Positions 57,298-64,000 of a DNA stretch of 64,000 nt are shown piece after piece. The stretch comes from an uncultured Chloroflexia bacterium. GTDB lineage: Bacteria > Chloroflexota > Limnocylindria > Limnocylindrales > CSP1-4. Made by a program: the position numbers and the translations under genes. The DNA is taken from contig CAWFXA010000002.1 in the NCBI GenBank assembly GCA_963819655.1, positions 192,001 to 256,000 of the forward strand, read 5' to 3'. The notes beneath the pieces were generated by a model. That model ran no database searches and was not told the origin of the DNA. It worked only from the letters and a program-made list of their open reading frames with translations. The stretch's first letter is position 1; each line of letters opens with the position of its first letter.

Positions 57298-58478
57298 CCC
57301 TCCCTCATACGGCCGACGTCGTCATCGTCGGGGCGGGTATCGGCGGTCTCGGGTTCGCTCGCGAGCTGGCCGCCCGCGGCGTCAAGGACGTCGTCGTCCT
57401 CGAGCGCGACTACCCGGGCGCGGGCGCGACCGGTCGGAACGTCGCGCGGATCCGGCGGATGCAGCTGACCGAAGAGCTGTGCCGCGTCGCGATCGCCTGC
57501 CAGGACAAGTACGAGCGGATGGGCGGGGAGCTGCGCTCGAACGTCCTGTTCTACCGGCTCGGCTACGCATGGATCCTGTACGACCCCGGCGAGGTCGCCC
57601 GGATGCAGGACGTGGTGGCGATGCATGCCCGGCTCGGGATCCGGAGCGCCCTCCTGTCCCCGCAGGACACGCTCCATCACCTGCCCGTCTTCGAGGGTGG
57701 CGAACCGGTCGCAGGCTCGGTGCTCAGCGACGATGCGATCGTCCATCACGACGCGGTCGTCTGGGCACACCTCGACCACCTCGCCCGGCGTGGCGTGACC
57801 ATCCACCCACGCACCCGGGTCACCGGCATCGAGCAGAGCGACGGCCGTGTCACGGCGGTCGTCACCGACCAGGGCCGCATCGAGACACCGGTCGTGCTGA
57901 ACGCGGCCGGTGGCTGGTCGGGTGAGCTGAATGCCATGGCCGGCGTCCGGATGCCCAACCGGCCGCACCGACGCGAGGTCCTCGTGACGGCGCCGCTCCG
58001 GCGGTCGATCGAGGCGGCCGTGACCTTCTATCGACCCAGCGAGGGTTGGTTCAATCAGACGCTCCGCGGCGAGATCGTGATGGGCGCGGTCGATCCCGAC
58101 GAGCCCGGCGGCGTGAACCAGCGCTCGTCCTGGGCGTTCCTGCAGCGGACCGCGGCGCTGATGACGCGCAAGGCGCCGGCCCTGCGCGACGTGACCGTCA
58201 TCCGCCAGTGGGCGGGGATGTACGACATCACGCCGGACCACCTGCCGATCGTCGGCCCGACGGCCCAGCTCGACGGCTGGTGGCAGGCGCTCGGCTGGAG
58301 CGGGCGCGGGATGCTGCTCGCGCCGTACCTGACCGAGTTGCTCGCGGAGCACCTCGTCACGGGCGAGGCTCCCGCGATGCTCCGCCAGTTCCTGCCCGAC
58401 CGCTTCCCGCCGACCGGCGAGGAAACGCAGCTCGAGACCGACTATTACTCGCGCTACACCTCGGGTCGGCCTTCCTAA
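57294..58478 (+). CDS. FAD-binding beta subunit (SoxB / proline dehydrogenase beta-like)
   Basis: VGAGIGG, GATGRN, NAAGGWS, RQWAGMYDITPDHLPIVG, GWSGRGMLLAP. Confidence 0.88.
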   Translation: MTLPHTADVVIVGAGIGGLGFARELAARGVKDVVVLERDYPGAGATGRNVARIRRMQLTEELCRVAIACQDKYERMGGELRSNVLFYRLGYAWILYDPGEVARMQDVVAMHARLGIRSALLSPQDTLHHLPVFEGGEPVAGSVLSDDAIVHHDAVVWAHLDHLARRGVTIHPRTRVTGIEQSDGRVTAVVTDQGRIETPVVLNAAGGWSGELNAMAGVRMPNRPHRREVLVTAPLRRSIEAAVTFYRPSEGWFNQTLRGEIVMGAVDPDEPGGVNQRSSWAFLQRTAALMTRKAPALRDVTVIRQWAGMYDITPDHLPIVGPTAQLDGWWQALGWSGRGMLLAPYLTELLAEHLVTGEAPAMLRQFLPDRFPPTGEETQLETDYYSRYTSGRPS

Positions 58479-59662
58479 GCCGGTCCGACGGTCGGCGCGG
58501 GCAGCTCTTCTCCGCCGTCCACGCCATCTGACCCGTCACCGCGCGAGGACACGATCATCCTCCGGATCCGCTGTGCGCTGAAGCCCACTGCGAGCAGGAT
58601 CAGGCCTTCCACGAACAGCCCGACTTCTGGCCCATCCGCGAGGTAGGAGACGTTGAAATCGGTCAGGGCGATGATCACGCCGAGGGCCGCCGGGTAGACG
58701 AAAGCGCTGTCGTCGCGGCGGAACGCCCGTTCGATGAGGATCGCCGCAAGGACGAGGATCGCCAGCTCCCCGATCCACGGCTCGATGACCCGGCCGTAGC
58801 CCCCGTCCGGGAGGACATCGGTGCGCGTGACCGCGCTCGCGAGGCCGCCGACAGCGACCAGGCCGGCCCACAGCCGGGTCAGTCCGGCTCGACGCGACGC
58901 GCTCGGATCGCGACCGACCTGTCGGGCCTCGCGCAGTCCGATGAGGCCGATGATGAGCGCAGTCGCCAACCACCAGACCGCGGATCCGAGGACGAGGAGG
59001 ATCGGATCGGGACCTGTCTCGGTCACGGAACCGCCCGAGTCGATGACCTGAGGCGGGATGAGCGTCTGCTCGAGCCAGGCGAGGATCGCCCCGGCGAGAC
59101 CGGTGATCGAACCGAGCACCGCGGTCTGTGTCAGGAGGCCCGGGTGGAGACGCCTGCTCAGGCCGGCTACCGCGAGCGCGGTGCCGGCCGCGACGATCCC
59201 ACTGACGGGCCATTGGAGGCCAGCCACCTCGGCCGCGAAACCGCCGGCCACGCCGGCGTGGGTCGCGGCGAGCAGGAACGCCACACCCGCAGCGCGATTT
59301 CGGCGCTGGTCGACGCCGCGCAGGCGATAGCCGATCGCGAACAGGATCACTGCCTGGATTGCCGCACCCGCTGCGAATGTGGTCTCGGAGTCCGGTCGAG
59401 TACCGGCGACCCGGACGATGAATGCGTCCGTCGCCGCGAGCAGGAAGATGGCCCCCAGGTAGCTGAACAGCTCCCCGATCGTGATTCCGGGGCCGAAGAT
59501 CGCCCCGACCGCCGACGGGCGGTGCGAGACCTCCGGCGAAGGCCGGGGCGCCTCCGTCGCGTCGGGCGCCGTCACTTGCCAGGCGCGGATCCGCTCGGCG
59601 GTGGCCGCATCGATCAGACCCGCCGCTTCCCAGGTCGCCAGGTGTGCCTGCGTGTCGCTCAT
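58475..59662 (-). CDS. DUF2157-like membrane protein
   Basis: WEAAGLIDAATAERI N-terminus; about 10 TM segments. Confidence 0.75.
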   Translation of the reverse strand: MSDTQAHLATWEAAGLIDAATAERIRAWQVTAPDATEAPRPSPEVSHRPSAVGAIFGPGITIGELFSYLGAIFLLAATDAFIVRVAGTRPDSETTFAAGAAIQAVILFAIGYRLRGVDQRRNRAAGVAFLLAATHAGVAGGFAAEVAGLQWPVSGIVAAGTALAVAGLSRRLHPGLLTQTAVLGSITGLAGAILAWLEQTLIPPQVIDSGGSVTETGPDPILLVLGSAVWWLATALIIGLIGLREARQVGRDPSASRRAGLTRLWAGLVAVGGLASAVTRTDVLPDGGYGRVIEPWIGELAILVLAAILIERAFRRDDSAFVYPAALGVIIALTDFNVSYLADGPEVGLFVEGLILLAVGFSAQRIRRMIVSSRGDGSDGVDGGEELPAPTVGPA

Positions 59663-59711
59663 GGTCGAACCCTCCGCTTCACGCCTGGAAGACGCTCAAG
59701 CCACGCGAGTG

Positions 59712-59966
59712 TCACATGGAGGTGTCGCGCGGCTCGGGCTCCACATCCTCCGGGTCGACCTCTCCCCCAGCGTCCCCGGCATCGACGACGACGTCGCCCG
59801 GGAACACGACCTCGAGGCCCGGCGCCTGACCGGACACGCCGCGCACCGGCTTCGACTTCACGACGAGCTCCTCGGCAGGAGGAAGCGTCCGGAAGATCTG
59901 CTGATCGAAGCCGACGATGATCGAGCCGATCGTCTGGCCCATCGGCCGCCGGCGCTTCTTGCTCAT
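59712..59966 (-). CDS. Small hypothetical protein
   Basis: ATGA overlap with the MFS gene; IIVGFDQQIFRTLPPAEELV core. Confidence 0.55.
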   Translation of the reverse strand: MSKKRRRPMGQTIGSIIVGFDQQIFRTLPPAEELVVKSKPVRGVSGQAPGLEVVFPGDVVVDAGDAGGEVDPEDVEPEPRDTSM

Positions 59967-61213
59967 GCCGGGGCCGAGACCACGACCGGGACGTCCGCGT
60001 CCGGGCCTTTACGACGGATCGCGAGCGCCGCGAACCCGGCCACGATGGCGATCCAGCCGGCGGCCACGAAGGCCACTGCGTAGTCCCCGACGCTCTCGCG
60101 GACGATACCGGCCGCCCAGGCGGCGATCGCCGCGCCGACCATGTGCGACGCGAACACCCAGCCATAGACGATGCCGACGTTGTGCGACCCGAACCGGTCC
60201 GCGACGAGGGCGACGGTCGGCGGCACGGTCGCGATGTAGTCGAGCCCGAACAGGATCGCGAACGCCGCGATCGACATGGTGTCGTGCACGAACGGCAGGA
60301 ACAGCAGGCTGACGCCGCGGAATGCGTAGTAGACGAGGAGGAGCTTGCGGGGGTCGAGCCGGTCGGTGAGCCAGCCGCTGGCGATCGTGCCGATGAAATT
60401 GAAGACGCCCATCACCGCCAGCGCGCCAGACGCGGCGACCGCCGTGAACCCGTGGTCGACCGCGTGCGGGATGAAATGCTGGCCGACAAGGCCATTCGAC
60501 GTGGCGCCACAGATGAAGAACGTGCCGGCGAGAAACCAGAAGTCCGACGTGCGGATGGCCCGCCGCATGACGCCGGGGTCTGGCGGCCGGGCAGGGGTGA
60601 GCGCGCCCTCCGGGGCCCCGCGCGGCCGGGCGCCGACCTCGGCGGGATCGTTGCGCAGCCAGATGAGCACCGGGATGACGAGCAGCAGGGTGATCACCCC
60701 CAGCACCACAGCGCCGACTCGCCAGCCGACCGTGACCGCCAGAGCGGTGAGGAGCGGGAAGAACACCAGCTGGCCCGCACTGCTGCTCGCACCGAAGACG
60801 CCGACCACCAGGCCGCGATCCTTGACGAACCAGCGGGTCGCCACAGTCGGGCCCAGGACGCTGGCCACGAGGCCGGTCCCCAGACCCGAGACAAGGCCGA
60901 ACAGCAGCGTCAGCTGCCAGATCTCGCGGACGAGACTCGTCGCGAGGAGCGCGGTGCCCGTCACCGCCAGGCTTAGCAGCACGACGTTCTTGACGCCGAT
61001 GCGACCCATCAGCGAGCCGCTCAGCGGCCCGGCGAAGCCGAACACGACCAGTCCGGCGGCGGCTGCGAATGACACCGACGCGGTCGACCAGCCAGGCTCG
61101 CCGATCATCGTCAACAGGAACGCGCCGGGCGCCGATCGAACGCCCGCCGTGATCAGCACGACGATCGCCGTGACGGCAACGACGACCCAGCCGTAGAAGA
61201 ACGCGCGGCGCAT
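59963..61213 (-). CDS. MFS transporter
   Basis: FYGWVVV, RWFVKDRG, GWLTDRL; about 12 TM segments. Confidence 0.92.
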   Translation of the reverse strand: MRRAFFYGWVVVAVTAIVVLITAGVRSAPGAFLLTMIGEPGWSTASVSFAAAAGLVVFGFAGPLSGSLMGRIGVKNVVLLSLAVTGTALLATSLVREIWQLTLLFGLVSGLGTGLVASVLGPTVATRWFVKDRGLVVGVFGASSSAGQLVFFPLLTALAVTVGWRVGAVVLGVITLLLVIPVLIWLRNDPAEVGARPRGAPEGALTPARPPDPGVMRRAIRTSDFWFLAGTFFICGATSNGLVGQHFIPHAVDHGFTAVAASGALAVMGVFNFIGTIASGWLTDRLDPRKLLLVYYAFRGVSLLFLPFVHDTMSIAAFAILFGLDYIATVPPTVALVADRFGSHNVGIVYGWVFASHMVGAAIAAWAAGIVRESVGDYAVAFVAAGWIAIVAGFAALAIRRKGPDADVPVVVSAPA

Positions 61214-61248
61214 CGACGGATGCTACCGCGGTGGATCCTGTCCTCGGC

Positions 61249-61401
61249 TCAGATCGCGTCCAGTCGCTTGATGGCCGCACCGCCCGCCTGCAGGTCGTCG
61301 GCCATCGCCAGGGCGAGTGTCTCGACGAGCCTCGCCGTCCAGGCCAGGAGGAGATCGGCCGGAACGGCGAGGCCGTCGACGGGGTCAGCGTAGACGGGCA
61401 C
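61249..61401 (-). CDS. Possible 50-aa ORF
   Basis: MPVYADPVDGLAVPADLLLAWTARLVETLAL...; fills the gap with host-like codons; no clear RBS. Confidence 0.3.
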   Translation of the reverse strand: MPVYADPVDGLAVPADLLLAWTARLVETLALAMADDLQAGGAAIKRLDAI

Positions 61402-61410
61402 GATTGAGGG

Positions 61411-62442
61411 TCAGGTACCAGCGGCTGCCGGCGTTGGGATGACTCCGTGCTCGGTGCCGACGAGTCGACCCTGATCGGCGAGCCGTCGGTAGATCGCAGC
61501 CGTCGCCGCGATCGCCTGGCGATACGGCGTGACCGGCACGTCACCGAGCTCGGCCAGTCGATGGTGGGCGATGTCGGCTGGGAATGGCAGCTCGGTCGGG
61601 GCGAAGCTGATGAGCCCAGCCGCCTCAGGCACCGCGTTCTCGATCGCCCGGACCCAGTCGTCCAGGTGCACGGCGTCGCCGCCGAGGTTGTACACCGACG
61701 CCCCCGATGGGGCGCCCCGGCTGGCGAGGATCAGCGTGCGCGCCACGTCCTCGGCGTACTGGAACAGGGTCCGTCCGCCGAAGGCGATCCGGAAGGGGAC
61801 CCCGAGCACTGCAGCAGCGATGGCAGCCGTGGGGCTACTCGTCATCCCCTGGTCGCGACCCGCGCCGTAGACCGTCATCGGTCGGATCCCGACGCTGGGC
61901 ACCTCCGAATCGGTCCAGTAGACCTTGGCCGTGCCCTCGTTGGCCCGCTTGTAGACGCCGTAGTGGTTGCCCGGGTGGGCGTCCGCGTCCTCCTCGAGAC
62001 GACCGGTGACCGGGTCGACATCCGACGGCGAGTACATGCCGATCGATCCGGTATAGACGACCGGGGCCATGCTCGGGCCGCGGCGCCGGACCGCCTCGAA
62101 CACATTGACGGTGCCGGTCACGTTGACCTGCGCCCCGAGCGGGGGGTCGGCCCGGCAGAACGGGACCTGCAGAGCGGCAAGATGGATCACGTTCGTGATG
62201 TCGTGGTCTGCCATGGCGCGTTCCAATGCCTGGAGATCCGTGATGTCGCCTCTGACGAACTGCACGCGGGCGAGCTCGTCAGGCTCGATCACAAGCGCGA
62301 GGCGCCGAGGGTCGCTCCCAAGATCGAACGCGACGACCGGAGTCCCCTCGCGAAGGAGGGCTCTGACCGTCCACGCGCCGATACACCCGAGCGCGCCGGT
62401 GACGAAGAACCGCTCCCCGCGGGCGTCAGGCACTGCGCTCAT
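61411..62442 (-). CDS. NAD-dependent epimerase/dehydratase
   Basis: VTGALGCIG, IHLAA, YGVYK, VYGAGRD. Confidence 0.9.
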   Translation of the reverse strand: MSAVPDARGERFFVTGALGCIGAWTVRALLREGTPVVAFDLGSDPRRLALVIEPDELARVQFVRGDITDLQALERAMADHDITNVIHLAALQVPFCRADPPLGAQVNVTGTVNVFEAVRRRGPSMAPVVYTGSIGMYSPSDVDPVTGRLEEDADAHPGNHYGVYKRANEGTAKVYWTDSEVPSVGIRPMTVYGAGRDQGMTSSPTAAIAAAVLGVPFRIAFGGRTLFQYAEDVARTLILASRGAPSGASVYNLGGDAVHLDDWVRAIENAVPEAAGLISFAPTELPFPADIAHHRLAELGDVPVTPYRQAIAATAAIYRRLADQGRLVGTEHGVIPTPAAAGT

Positions 62443-63326
62443 GCTGCGGTCACGACGGTCGCCTCGACCCGGCACACGTTTTCGAGGACGCCGATCCGCT
62501 CGATCTCGACCCGGACGTGATCGCCGTTCGCAAGGAACCGCGGCGGCGTCCGGAACGCGCCGACACCTGCAGGCGTCCCGCTCGCGATCACGTCCCCGGG
62601 CTCGAGCGTGAACGCCATCGAGCAGTAGCTCACTATCTCGGCGACTGTGAAGTACATCTGCGACGTCCGCGCCTCCTGGAGGATCTCGTCCCCGACCGCG
62701 CAGCAGATGGCCAGATCCTGGGGGTCGCCGATCTCGTCGGATGTGACGAGGACGGGACCCATCGGGCAGAACGTGTCGAGCGACTTGCCGCGCGTCCATT
62801 GCCCATCGCCGAATTGGAGGTCACGGGCCGAGACGTCATTGAGACAGGTGTAGCCGAGCACGTGGTCGAGGGCACCCTCGACCGGGACGCGCCGTGCGCG
62901 TCGACCGATGACGACCGCAAGCTCCGCTTCGTAATCGACCTGTCCCGTCAGGTCCGCGTCCCAGCAGATGTCCGCTCCGTGCCCGACCACGGAGCTCGGC
63001 CACTTCGAGAAGATCAGCGGTGCCGTCGGCGGCTCGACGCCCTCCTCTTCGGCGTGGGCCCGGTAGTTCCGGCCGATGGCGACGATCTTGCCCGGGCGTG
63101 GCACAGGAGCCAGGAGGTCGGCCTGGGCGAGCGGCTGTCCGACATCGCCGACACGAGCTGACGGGACCGCCGCGCGCAAGGCGTCCAGCCCGTCCGACCC
63201 CTCGTCCAGCAGGGCGGCCACCGTGGCGGGACCCCCGGGCAGGACAGTCGATGCTGGGAGCCAGCGGTCACCCTCGACGATCCCGAGGGTCTCGACGGCC
63301 GCGGACCGGCAGGAAATCAGTCGCAC
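62439..63326 (-). CDS. Fumarylacetoacetate hydrolase-family protein
   Basis: IGRNYRAH, DYEAEL, NDVSARD, GKSLDTFCPMGP, GDVIASGTPAGVG. Confidence 0.92.
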   Translation of the reverse strand: MRLISCRSAAVETLGIVEGDRWLPASTVLPGGPATVAALLDEGSDGLDALRAAVPSARVGDVGQPLAQADLLAPVPRPGKIVAIGRNYRAHAEEEGVEPPTAPLIFSKWPSSVVGHGADICWDADLTGQVDYEAELAVVIGRRARRVPVEGALDHVLGYTCLNDVSARDLQFGDGQWTRGKSLDTFCPMGPVLVTSDEIGDPQDLAICCAVGDEILQEARTSQMYFTVAEIVSYCSMAFTLEPGDVIASGTPAGVGAFRTPPRFLANGDHVRVEIERIGVLENVCRVEATVVTAA

Positions 63327-63435
63327 GATCGCTCCAGGGTTGTTCAGCATTCTGTCCGGTGGACCGAGGACTGGACGATACGATACGCTCGACTTCGGCG
63401 TCAACCTCAGGCGCCGCCCGAGGATATGGTGAGAC

Positions 63436-64000
63436 ATGGCCGTCGATCCAAACGAACGCATCGCGCTCGGACGAACGGGAGTGCACGTGACGCGCCTGTC
63501 GTTCGGCGGAGCGTCGATCGGCGGCCTGTACTCCGACATCGACGATGACGCCGCGATCGCCACCGTCCGCCACGCCTGGTCCATCGGGATCCGCGCGTTC
63601 GACACGGCCCCGCTCTATGGATACGGGGCATCGGAGCGCCGCGTCGGGGCTGGCCTGCAGGGCCGTCCACGCGAGGAGTTCGTGGTGTCGACGAAGGTCG
63701 GGCGGCTTGTCCGAGCGGAGTCCGAGATCGCGCTCGACACGGACGTCGATCGGCAGCGGCTGCGTGATCGCGAGGACGCCTACTATCCCCGCCAGGAACG
63801 GGTTCGGATGGTCTTCGACTACAGCGCCGACGGTGTTCGCCGCTCGCTCGACGAGAGCCTGCAGCGCCTCGGCCTGGATCGCGTCGACATCGCCTTCATC
63901 CACGACCCGGACGACCATTGGGAGGCCGCGATCGACGAGGCGTGGCCGGCCCTTGCGAGGCTTCGGTCGGAGGGGGTGGTCCGAGCCGTCGGCGCCGGGA
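63436..64000 (+). CDS. Aldo/keto reductase (aldose dehydrogenase-like), truncated by the window edge
   Basis: LGRTGVHVTRLSFGG, FDTAPLYGYG, STKVGR, DYSADG, SLQRLGLDRVDIAFIHD. Confidence 0.9.
   Translation, partial: MAVDPNERIALGRTGVHVTRLSFGGASIGGLYSDIDDDAAIATVRHAWSIGIRAFDTAPLYGYGASERRVGAGLQGRPREEFVVSTKVGRLVRAESEIALDTDVDRQRLRDREDAYYPRQERVRMVFDYSADGVRRSLDESLQRLGLDRVDIAFIHDPDDHWEAAIDEAWPALARLRSEGVVRAVGAG

Overview
High-GC bacterial chromosomal window. The gene style, frequent apparently leaderless starts and Flp pilin suggest Chloroflexota such as Limnocylindria, but this is an inference. From left to right: (1) an rrf2-sufC-sufS Fe-S operon with a sigma70 promoter and IscR-type operator; (2) a SAM-I riboswitch controlling metH plus a yitJ-like gene; (3) a ~23-kb methylated-amine (probably glycine betaine) supercluster. 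It contains a corrinoid demethylation module (corrinoid protein, DUF1638, 'virulence-factor' domain protein, pterin methyltransferase, RamA/RACo activator, non-pyrrolysine MttB, MetF-like, DinB) divergent from an IclR regulator, plus two GcvT-type flavoproteins, EtfAB, BetB, a ProU-type ABC importer and a HAD hydrolase; (4) housekeeping and lineage-specific genes, including a phycobiliprotein-like globin-fold ORF, pabB/pabC, DmpA, rhodanese, CtpA and a Flp pilin missed by the ORF track; (5) a GAF-PucR-linked seven-gene amine catabolic operon of unknown substrate, broken by many single-base frameshifts that are probably long-read errors; (6) MFS, epimerase, FAH and aldo-keto reductase genes. 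Three long, highly structured intergenic elements lie near 18.4, 34.1 and 44.5 kb. I saw no rRNA, tRNA, CRISPR array or transposase. All family calls come from motif recognition by eye, with no database search.
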